A DNA stretch of 63,662 nt, counting the filler, from Reclinomonas americana ATCC 50394 (Eukaryota), in the NCBI GenBank assembly GCA_048213135.1. It is 10 parts of 5 records of this genome, joined end to end, with 100 filler letters (N's around TTAATTAATTAA, not from the genome) between each part and the next. Parts side by side here need not be neighbours in the genome. Positions count along the whole stretch, not along the records: positions 33,081 to 45,891 come from PS015427.1; positions 45,992 to 47,472 come from PS015428.1; positions 47,573 to 51,283 come from PS015428.1; 7 more parts are not named here. One strand, written 5' to 3'. A program made the translations under genes and the position numbers. Numbering within the stretch: the first letter of the stretch is position 1; each line of letters begins with the position of its first letter. This document shows, in pieces, positions 38,133 to 49,000 of this stretch. The notes beneath the pieces are model-generated. The model was not told the origin of the DNA. It did not search any database and saw nothing but the letters and a program-made list of their open reading frames with translations.

Positions 38133-40092
38133 TTATGAGGGTGCGTGTGGTGTGTCGCGTTCAATGTACTCGCGAATGCGAGCGGTGGTTTCGTGGAGGC
38201 CGGGGACGGCGGGGGAGGCGAGGTGGATGGAGTGGAGGGGGAACCAGCGGGCGTCCTGAGGAGAGGGGAAGGGTGGGAAGGGGATAAAGAGGAAAAGGGG
38301 GGTAAAGGAGAAGGGGATAAAGGAGAAGGGGATAAAGGAGAAGGGGATAAAAGGAGAAGGGGGGAAAGAAGAAAAGTGACTGCAAAGGATGTGAAGAGGG
38401 ATAAGTTGTGAACAAGAAAGAGAAGAAAGTTGGGCGAGCGGCTGCAAAGGATGTGCAGAGGGATAAGTTGTGAAGACGAAAGAGAAGAAACCAAAGTGAG
38501 AGAAAAGGAGCAGGGACAAAGCGAGGAAGGGAAGAGTGACTGGAAGGATGAGCATAGGGAAAAGCAATGACGAAGAAAGACAAGGAAAAGGAACAGAACA
38601 AGGCGAGGAAGGGAAGAGTGACTGGAATGTATGTACAGAGGAAAAGAAAGGAAGAAAGAGAAGAGAGTAAAGTGAGAGAGCAAGTCGAGGAAGGGGTGGC
38701 TGGAAGGATGTGAAGAGGATAAGCAATGAGAAGAATGCAAAGTGAGAGGAGAAGAACAGGGACAAGGCGAGGAAGGGAATTACTGGAAAGGATGTTAAGA
38801 GGAAAGTAATGATGAAGAAGAAGAATAAAGCAAAGTGATAGAAAAGGAACAGGGAAGGCGAGGAAGGGAAGGGTGAGCAGAGGGAAACGTAATGACGAAG
38901 AAAGAGAAGGAACAGGGACAGAAAGTTGGGCGAGGAAGGGAATAGTGGCTGGAAAGAATGTGCGGAGATACGAGAAGTCAAGCATGTGGGCAATGGGTGA
39001 AGAAATGACCAGAGAGAACACCAGGGGAGAGCGAGAGACAAGAGCCTCCAACGTTTGCTGCTTGTAACTGCTTCACCGCTCCCTCTTTTCTTTTCCTATC
39101 ACCCTTTCCCTCTTTGCCAAACTCAACTGCCGCATCGGAGGCCGCCTTCACCTCCGCAGCGCCCTCTGGGAACCACGCAATCGAGTGCATCAACACGTAG
39201 TGGTACGCCGGTAATCGGATGGGCTCGCTCAGGTGTACTGGCTGGCTAATGGAAGTGGGCGGCACTTGCACTCCGGTCTCCTCGTGCAGCTCGCGGGCGG
39301 TGGCCACGGCAATGGTCTCGCCGAATTCGACGGAGCCGCCGGGGAGCGCCCAGTGGTTGGTGTAGGGGTCCTTGCCGCTGAGGTTGTGAAGGAGAAGGGA
39401 TGGGAAGGAGGACAGAGGAGAAGGGAGGAGTGGGGATGAGAGAAGAGGAGAGGAGAGGAGAGGAGAGGAGAGGAGAGGAGAGGAGAGGAGAGGAGAGGAG
39501 AGGAGAGGAGAGGAGAGGAGAGGAGAGGAGAGGAGAGGAGAGGAGAGGAGAGGAGAGGAGAGGAGAGGAGAGGAGAGGAGAGGAGAGGAGAGGAGNNNNN
39601 NNNNNNNNNNNNNNNNNNNNNNNNNNNNNNNNNNNNNNNNNNNNNNNNNNNNNNNNNNNNNNNNNNNNNNNNNNNNNNNNNNNNNNNNNNNNNNNNNNNN
39701 NNNNNNNNNNNNNNNNNNNNNNNNNNNNNNNNNNNNNNNNNNNNNNNNNNNNNNNNNNNNNNNNNNNNNNNNNNNNNNNNNNNNNNNNNNNNNNNNNNNN
39801 NNNNNNNNNNNNNNNNNNNNNNNNNNNNNNNNNNNNNNNNNNNNNNNNNNNNNNNNNNNNNNNNNNNNNNNNNNNNNNNNNNNNNNNNNNNNNNNNNNNN
39901 NNNNNNNNNNNNNNNNNNNNNNNNNNNNNNNNNNNNNNNNNNNNNNNNNNNNNNNNNNNNNNNNNNNNNNNNNNNNNNNNNNNNNNNNNNNNNNNNNNNN
40001 NNNNNNNNNNNNNNNNNNNNNNNNNNNNNNNNNNNNNNNNNNNNNNNNNNNNNNNNNNNNNNNNNNNNNNNNNNNNNNNNNNNNNNNNNNNN

Positions 40093-40183
<91 letters not shown>

Positions 40184-40537
40184 AAGGGAAGAGAAGAGAA
40201 GGGAAGAGAAGCGAGGAGAGAAGAGAGCAAGGGCGAAGAAAGGATGGATCGCGACGCGACCAGGATGCAGATGAATGACGTTGATTCACGCAGATCCAAC
40301 GACCAGAGTCGATGCCCAGAGGCACAGATGGACGCACCGTCGCACCAGCAACACCTCCACGCTGACGAGAGACGAGGAAATGAGTGCATGCAACGATTGA
40401 GAGACAACTCGTTGCATGGCGGACCTCTTGGTGAGCTCGTTCACTCGCAGGCAGCCGCATGTGACGCCCAACACGGGCAGGCGACCCGGTGAGGTCGACG
40501 AGAGGTGACGGCGAGCGAGGTGCGCGATCACCAGCAT
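38133..40537 (-). CDS. NUDIX hydrolase (ADP-ribose pyrophosphatase-like), possibly mitochondrial
   Basis: Four exons give [41 protein letters not shown] (Nudix box), HYVL and ASDAADARWF; TAA at 38133. The N-terminus MLVIAHLARRHLSSTSPGR resembles a presequence. Confidence 0.9.
39444..39595. repeat. (GGAGA)n pentanucleotide microsatellite running into a gap
   Basis: Direct inspection. Confidence 0.95.
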
Positions 40538-40691
40538 GTTTAGTTGATTGTTGAAGGGATTTTAAGTGGGACAGCTCTCATCGAAGGCGATCGGGGACTT
40601 GTTGCAGTGTGCCGAAGGGTTCGCGCACTGCCAGTGCCTCGTGCATCAGGCACGTAATCGACTTTATCTGTGTACGCGAGGCTGACAGCGA

Positions 40692-42835
40692 TCATTGGTT
40701 GATGTTGAAGTCATGCGTCTCGATCTGTTCTGCGCAGTCTTTTGTGTGCTCCGATTGACAGGCGACCGCGACACGGATGACGCGAGGAGGTGAGGTGAGT
40801 GGCTGCAGAAAGCCAAGGGAGGCGCGTCTGGCACTGCTGAACGTATGTCTCACCAAGCACAGCAACAAGCTGAATGCACAGCAACAAGAGAAACACATGT
40901 TCTTCTCCATCCTTCTCCTCTCCACAAACAAACTCTTGCCTGCAATGATCACACGAGCTCTTCTCTCTGTCTCTCTCCCCCTCTCTCAACACACACCATT
41001 CATCCTTCTTCTCTTCCTTCCTCTCATCTCCCACACGACAACACAAAAAATCACATTGGCTGTCGATGTTGTTATTACGCTGCTCTTTTTTTTTCCTTCT
41101 CATCAGTCACTCTCTCAATGGCCTCCCTACGTGTGTCAGCGTCCTCACACTAGAACGGGCACGGGCCACCGCAGCGGTCGTCGGCGATGTTGACCGTCGT
41201 CGACACAGCGCGCACCTTTATTTACCAGAGAGAGCGAGCACATGAGCAGAGAGCGCATCACACACACACACGCACAGAGGCACGCAACAGTCACTGGCAC
41301 GGGGTCGGTCACCTGTGTCCACAACACACAAAAAAGATGGCGCCATTTCCGTGAGTGTGAGACATGTTTTCCGCCCCACCCCTGTTCTCCACGCACGCAA
41401 CTGTGACCACGGCGTCGGTGGGGGCGGTGGGAATCGTTTGCGGCTGCTCCATGGGTGATTGACGCAAAAAAAATGAGTGTGTGCGTGTGAAAATTGGTGT
41501 TCAAATGTGGAAGATGATAATGGTGATTTATTGTTTGTGGCCACACACTCTCTCACTGAGTGGAGTTGAGGGCGGGGGTGCTGTAGGGGGGCACAGTGGG
41601 GGCTCAGAAGGGAGCGCCGCCCTGCACGTCGCACATCTGCCACACAAAAAGATAAATGTGAGCCGACTCTCTCTCTCTCTTCATGCGCAACAAACAAACA
41701 CACCAATGACACGTCGTGCACTCACTCCTCCACTGCGAGAACATGCGTGCGTGTGCGTGGCGAGAGGAGAGGCTGTCATGAAACGCGGAAGAAAACAACA
41801 AGAGTGCTTGTCCACTTTTGCAAGTGAAGAAACAGGCATGCTCACACGCAAGCAGAGGAGCGCCCCACTGCTGTGCAAGGAGTGCGTGCGTGCGTGCGTG
41901 CGTGACAGGGGGAGTGAAAGGGGGAAAAGACACGAGGAACACGCATTTCAAGACCTTGTGCTTTCGCTGCTTCTCTTCGCTCTCCTCCTCCGTTGGTGTG
42001 CGCACGAGCGTGTGTGAGGGGAGGAGGAGTGGGGGAGGAGGAGAGAGGGAGGGCGAAAGAGAGGAAGAGAAGAGAGAGGGAGGGGGGAAGAGAGGAAGAG
42101 AGGAAGTGTGAAGTGCAAAGTATTGAGTGTGCGCACACTCTCTTCCTCTCTCTCTTCCTCCATCTCACACACAGAGAGGCATGGGACCAGTACGCATACG
42201 AGCACGCGCACGGAAGAATGCAGGAGGACTGCAGAGAGAGAGAGAGAGCTGAGAAACAGTCGTGCCCGTGTACTCTCTTCCTCCCTCTGTCTTCCTCCCC
42301 GCCTCTCCCGCACACTCTCACTTTCACACATGCATAAGCAGCATGTGCGCACACGCGCGTGAGGACGCAGGAGTAGACGCAGAGAGAGGTTTGCGTTCGC
42401 ATTCTCGCGTGCATGAGTGCATTCTGTTGCCTCTCTCTCTCCTTCTCCCTCCCTCGCTCGCACACACACATACACACATACACACACACAGCCGCAACCA
42501 CAGCCACAGACGTAGACACAGAGACACTCTCTAACTTGTTGACGCAAATGAACCGTGTGTCCCTCCCCTGCTTCTCTCTCTCCTCTCCTTCTCCCTCTCT
42601 GCCCTTCTCACACGCAACTCGGCTGCCGTGGTGCGCAGAGGCATCGTCCGCAGACGGGGTCGAGGGGGCGTGCGACTGGGGCGCGGCGCAGTCCGTGGGG
42701 ATCTGGCAGAAATACTGAGGGGAGAGGGTGAGGTGAGGAGGTGAGGAGGTGAGGAGGTGTGGAGGGGAGGAGGAGGAGGAGGAAGGCGAGAAGAGATGAA
42801 CGCACGTCAATGCTCACAACGACGGTGTTGTCCAT
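40692..42835 (-). CDS. Possible small multi-exon Pro-rich hypothetical gene
   Basis: GC-rich islands at ~42620-42715, ~41560-41620, ~41400-41455, ~41150-41200 and ~40700-40850 with donor-like ends (GTTGCG at ~42618 and ~41401). No confident continuous frame. Confidence 0.25.
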
Positions 42836-42909
42836 GGCGTTCTGATGATTGTGAGAAAATGTGTGGAGGACCGATGTGTCCCGGACACTGCACACAACAC
42901 ACACACGCA

Positions 42910-43165
42910 TCGATCAAAGGGAAGGTGGAGAGAGACACTGATCAAGAGTCGAGGGTCAAGGGTTCAGGGTGGAGGAGAGGCACTGATCGTGCACGCACAC
43001 ATCGATCAAGGGTCGAGGGGTGGAGAGATACACTGATCACATGCACACCGATCAAGGGGTTAGGGTGGAGAGACACTGATTGCACACGCACACCGATCAC
43101 GGGTTGAGGGTGGAGAGAGACACTAGTACTGATCACCCACACACACACCAATCAAGGGTTGAGTG
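42910..43165. repeat. ~47-bp minisatellite with a telomere-like GGGTTAGGG core
   Basis: About six units of GATCAAGGGTT(A/GA/CA)GGGTGGAGAGACACTGAT followed by a CA-rich linker. Confidence 0.8.
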
Positions 43166-43622
43166 TGTATAGGGAAAAGTGGAGTGCTGCTAGAAGTTGA
43201 TGCGCCTCGAGAGACAGCCTTGCTTCATTCTTCGNNNNNNNNNNNNNNNNNNNNNNNNNNNNNNNNNNNNNNNNNNNNNNNNNNNNNNNNNNNNNNNNNN
43301 NNNNNNNNNNNNNNNNNNNNNNNNNNNNNNNNNNNNNNNNNNNNNNNNNNNNNNNNNNNNNNNNNNNNNNNNNNNNNNNNNNNNNNNNNNNNNNNNNNNN
43401 NNNNNNNNNNNNNNNNNNNNNNNNNNNNNNNNNNNNNNNNNNNNNNNNNNNNNNNNNNNNNNNNNNNNNNNNNNNNNNNNNNNNNNNNNNGCCAAATCTC
43501 GGGCTCTCTGATTCTTTTTCTCCCCCCTCTCTGTCTCCGCTCTCGCTTTCTGCGCCCATCAATGTTGTTGACCATCTCTTCGCCTTTTTCTCTCCCTCGC
43601 TCACTCTCTCTTTGCCGCACAG

Positions 43623-45850
43623 TGTCGCCCTCCACACTGACTCTGCCGGCTGGCCTGTCTGTGGCCACGTCGCAGAGTGTGGATCTGACGTTTAGCCCGG
43701 CGGCCACCACTGCTGGTGTGCTTAACGTGTACAACACTCCCACCTGCTCCGGCCTCGCCCCCACGACGTTGGTGTACACGGCTGCCAATGCTGCGGTCAT
43801 CAACGTCCAGTTTGTGACCACGCTGGAGACTGGTAGCACCACGCGCTATCTGTGCTTTGACGAGGATGGTGCCGGCCCGCTGGCTTACCAGAACGTGGCC
43901 ACGATTTACATTTGTTGCGTGATGCTTATTTATCTGGCATGTTCATCAACAAGAGACCGTGTCCACTCATCACCACGGCGCGTTCACACAGACACCAAGT
44001 CCGACTTGAGCACCTCCGTGCTGGCACTTGGTCTCTCCGCCTTCCCCGTGACTGTCGGCGGTCAGAACTTTGGCTTGCCCTCGACAGCTAGTTTCTTCTT
44101 GTCGGTGGCGAGCACGTGCGCGGCGCCCCTGGCCAACTCGGCCGTCTCTTTCGTAGGAGTCAGCTTCACGACCATTCGCCTCGCCATCTCCACCGCATCC
44201 ACCTTTGGTCTCGCCTCCACTCAGGCCGCCGCCGATGGCACGGGTGCTTGCACGCTCGCCGCTGCCGGTCCTGCGTACCTCTGCGGAACGTTGCGTCCTC
44301 TTTGTCACCGCTGCCCTCGGCACTTGCATTATCACTGAGTTGGTGGTGTGCAGCNNNNNNNNNNNNNNNNNNNNNNNNNNNNNNNNNNNNNNNNNNNNNN
44401 NNNNNNNNNNNNNNNNNNNNNNNNNNNNNNNNNNNNNNNNNNNNNNNNNNNNNNNNNNNNNNNNNNNNNNNNNNNNNNNNNNNNNNNNNNNNNNNNNNNN
44501 NNNNNNNNNNNNNNNNNNNNNNNNNNNNNNNNNNNNNNNNNNNNNNNNNNNNNNNNNNNNNNNNNNNNNNNNNNNNNNNNNNNNNNNNNNNNNNNNNNNN
44601 NNNNNNNNNNNNNNNNNNNNNNNNNNNNNNNNNNNNNNNNNNNNNNNNNNNNNNNNNNNNNNNNNNNNNNNNNNNNNNNNNNNNNNNNNNNNNNNNNNNN
44701 NNNNNNNNNNNNNNNNNNNNNNNNNNNNNNNNNNNNNNNNNNNNNNNNNNNNNNNNNNNNNNNNNNNNNNNCAATCACCTACGCGCAGCCGTTCAGCAAG
44801 GTGCCACGGTTCCTGTTCGGTTTCGCAACGTACACGGGTGCCTCGCTCAATGGCGCTGTTGCCGTCGACACCAACTTTGCGTGCACGGTGTTGAGCAACT
44901 TGACGTCGTCCACCGGCAATACCATCAGCTGCAGCTCGGCTGGTGCTGCGACGAGCAGCACCGTGATTCGTTGCGTCTTTGTGCAGGCAGAAGGGGGGGT
45001 TGCAATACTGCCTTTGACTCTTGCATCACAAAACTCCCTCTGTCTCTCTTTCTTTCTGTCTCTCTGTCTCTCTCTGTCTCTCAATCTCTCTGTCTCTCTC
45101 AGTCTCTTTCTGTCTCTCTCAGTCTCTCAATCTCTTTTGCACTCCTCCTCTCTCTTTCTCTCTCTCTCTCTCTCCCTCAGCATGACTGAATCTCTCTCTT
45201 TTTTATGACGCAGAGTCGCTCTCTTTCGCTTGGTTCTTCAACATGTGCTCCTTGCTCTCCTTTTGCCCTGACTTTCTGAATATTACAACTGGACTCGGCT
45301 CTTCCTCTGTAATGCAGAGTCGCTCTCTTTTGCTTGATTTTTTCAACATCTATTTGCCCCAAAACTCTGAATACTGCAGTTGGACTATGTTACCTCATCT
45401 ACGGCGATGTGCAGAGTCCTTCATCACCTGCTCTGTCACTGTTATTCAAGCGTGCTTAGTTGACACTGAGAATGTTGTCATTTCTCTCGTTCACACGCAG
45501 TTTGAAAAAACCCTTTCTTCTCGGTACTTCTTCATTACCGACGACTGACAACCCACCCTCCTGCCATTTCCAACTTCTAATGTGATAGTTGTCGGGAGAA
45601 GAACGATTAGGAACCAACTCATCTCAATTTTGTCGTCTCCTATCGTTCAACTTTTGAATACTTGTCCCCCACTTTGCCAATCTTATCTACACACACTCCT
45701 CTTCCTATAACTCAGCCATTTACCAAACCTCGCTGTGCAGAGTACCTGGCATTCGCACAGGCAAGCAGCATGGTCAGCGCCAATGGCCTGGTGAGCCGCT
45801 CCAACAGCAGCGCCTGGAACTCGACGTCCACCAGCAAGAACAGCACTCTG
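43623..45850 (+). CDS. Internal exons of a Ser/Thr/Ala-rich, beta-strand-like secreted or surface protein
   Basis: Coding-like exons at 43623-43913, 43992-44289, 44772-44969 and 45741-45850 that join in frame where testable. Repeated module ending YLC; ITYAQPFSKVP resembles the H-type-lectin-like IxFxxPFxxxP motif. Both ends lie in gaps. Confidence 0.65.
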
Positions 45851-46072
45851 GTTGCGTGCCACCTGCAATGCATTTTCTGGCAGTGCGTAGGNNNNNNNNN
45901 NNNNNNNNNNNNNNNNNNNNNNNNNNNNNNNNNNNTTAATTAATTAANNNNNNNNNNNNNNNNNNNNNNNNNNNNNNNNNNNNNNNNNNNNCTGTGCGTG
46001 AGAGAGAGAGAGAGAAAAGGTGAGCACCACCTGTTGTCGACAGCAGAGGAGAGACATGTGCGCTGGAACTGA

Positions 46073-49000
46073 CCTCCTGGCGACCCTGATAACCGGGGTT
46101 CATGGTGATAAAGTAGCCAGTCTCCGGACGCAGGCGAATCACCTGACCGTCGGTGAACTGGAACTCCTTCAGGCGGTTGCGAATGGCGAGCAGAATGCAC
46201 TGAATCTGCTGCGCCACCACAGACAGCACGTCGAGGTCGATACGGTTGAACTCATCGAAATCGCCCCACGCGCCCGACTGTGCGCAGCCCTTGAAGATCT
46301 TGCCCATCGAGTTGTGGTCCATCTGATCGGAGCAGTTGAACACGACGACGTACTTGCCACAAGCACGGCCGAGATCCTTGACGGTCTCGGTCTTGCCCGT
46401 ACCGGCAGGACCGGCGGGCGCGCCGCCGAGGTACATGCCCAACGCTTGTGACAGCGTAATGTAGCAGCTAAGTGGGAGGGAAAGGCAATTTGTCAGGAGA
46501 ATAGGACGAAAGAAAAATGTCACCTAAAAAAACACTCTCACCGATCCGTCAGGGGCGTGACGACCAGGCGCTCCTTGGCACCGAGGTACTCGTACGAGTA
46601 GGGGAACTCCACATCAGTGACGCACACCAAGCACTCGTCGAGGTCCGGCTGCCAGTAGAAGCGCAGCTGCTTCTGCCAATCGAAGCACTCGGGGCCGACA
46701 TCGGCCTTCTTGCCGGCTTCGCGCATTTCACGCATCTTCTGCTTGGCAAGCTCGTCGAACACGTCACGCTGATGCATCTGGATGGTGATGTTGGTCTCCA
46801 CCGTCAGACGAGTGAGCTTGTCCAGAGTCGGGTCTTGCGTCAGCATGGTGAGATCGACCAGCAGCTGGTTGATGCGCTTGTTGGCGTCGGGCAAGGCGCG
46901 CTTGTCACCAGCGCGAGCCTTGCTCAGCGACTCCTCAGCCTCCACCGTCCAGCGGAACTGCAGACCGAGCAGCGAGATTTGCGCGGGGAAGCGCGTGACA
47001 AACTCGCCGACCTTGAAGTCGGGGTCGCATGCCTCCACCGAGCACTTGCGGATAATGTCCTTGATCGTGTTCTTCATGCCGTCCTCCATCACATTCAGCC
47101 AGTCCTCCACGTGGCCAGTGGCCACCACCGGCGCGGTCATTTGCACAATCTCACCCTCCTGTGAGATCATTTGCACAATCTCGTTCTTGGCAGCCTTGTC
47201 GAACACGACACTGGGGCGAAGCAAATGTGAGGAATGGCAGTGGCAGGGGGAGTGAGAAAAATAAAAGAGAGAACGTACCGGCCAATCGAGTCGAACACGG
47301 ACGACAAGTGCGGCTGGATGGCGTGCGGGTCGGACGACTGACTCAGAATCTCGAGCAGCACCGGATCCGACACAAAGTAGAAGCGCGGGAAGCGGTTACG
47401 CTTCTGCTCCAGGTAGTCACTGAGCGAGCGCTGGCACGACTCCAACTGCTCACGCAGGTAGTCGAGCGAGCTNNNNNNNNNNNNNNNNNNNNNNNNNNNN
47501 NNNNNNNNNNNNNNNNTTAATTAATTAANNNNNNNNNNNNNNNNNNNNNNNNNNNNNNNNNNNNNNNNNNNNCTCTCGCCTCTCCCATCACCAGTGGTCG
47601 ACACTCTGCACGACATTCGCGCTCGCGAGGCGACGATCGACATTGAGTTCGCGCCGGTGCACGAGACGTACCGCCTGCTGCGCAGCTACGATGTCAACAT
47701 CAACAAGCAGGAGGGCTACGCGGTCATGGAGCTGGAGGTTGGCTGGAACAAGATGTGCAAGAAGGCGTCGGAGAAGGAGGACCAGCTCAAGCTGCTGCAG
47801 CCGGGCTATAAGACGCGTCTTATCAAGGACGTGCGCGACTTTGAGGTCGAGGTCAAGGCCTTCCGTAACGACTTTGTCGAAAACGGCCCGATTGTGCCTG
47901 GTCTGGACCCGGAGGAGGCCATGGAGCGCCTCAAGCGCTTCCAGCGCTCCTTTGAGGACAAGCACCTCAAGTACAAGACCTACATGGGTGGCGAGGAGCT
48001 GTTTGGCCTCAAGGTCCACACGTACGAGGAGATGGAATCGACGGCACGCGAGCTGAAGCTGCTCGACAATCTCTACTCGCTCTACCTGCAGGTGCGTGCA
48101 CGGGTGTGAGAGGGGAAAATTTTTCTTGNNNNNNNNNNNNNNNNNNNNNNNNNNNNNNNNNNNNNNNNNNNNNNNNNNNNNNNNNNNNNNNNNNNNNNNN
48201 NNNNNNNNNNNNNNNNNNNNNNNNNNNNNNNNNNNNNNNNNNNNNNNNNNNNNNNNNNNNNNNNNNNNNNNNNNNNNNNNNNNNNNNNNNNNNNNNNNNN
48301 NNNNNNNNNNNNNNNNNNNNNNNNNNNNNNNNNNNNNNNNNNNNNNNNNNNNNNNNNNNNNNNNNNNNNNNNNNNNNNNNNNNNNNNNNNNNNNNNNNNN
48401 NNNNNNNNNNNNNNNNNNNNNNNNNNNNNNNNNNNNNNNNNNNNNNNNNNNNNNNNNNNNNNNNNNNNNNNNNNNNNNNNNNNNNNNNNNNNNNNNNNNN
48501 NNNNNNNNNNNNNNNNNNNNNNNNNNNNNNNNNNNNNNNNNNNNNNNNNNNNNNNNNNNNNNNNNNNNNNNNNNNNNNNNNNNNNNNNNNNNNNNNNNNN
48601 NNNNNNNNNNNNNNNNNNNTGACAGTGAGTGAGAGCAGGCGGGGCGGAGAACTACAGGCGATGCTGCTGCAACATGGAACGCACCAAACTTGAGGTCCTC
48701 CAGCTCGTGAATCTCGCGATTGAGCTTCTTGTTGGTGTCGGAAATGTAGCTGGTGAAGCCGTCCAGCTTCTCCTTGGCCTGCGCGTGCAGATTCTGCGCA
48801 TACTGCAGCTTCCACATCGACGCCTCCTGCTTGAGATGCTCGCAGAGGCGTGCAGTCGACAGCTGGATGCAGCCAATGATGCGGGTGACCGGGATCTGGC
48901 CAATCTCCGAGTGCTCAATGAGGTTGTACTTCTTGAGCTCGATCTCAAAGTCCTCCAGCGTCGGGCTGGTGGTCATGAACTCCTTGTACTTCTTGACCTT

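Noticed and set aside
36833..39070. Long ORFs with GGEGM, PPIPS, SLSL or ERER repeats
   Set aside because: They are translations of intronic micro- and minisatellites inside the esterase and NUDIX genes.
42910..43165. CRISPR-like repeat/spacer appearance
   Set aside because: Repeats are degenerate, the spacers are short related CA tracts, the context is eukaryotic and no cas genes are present.
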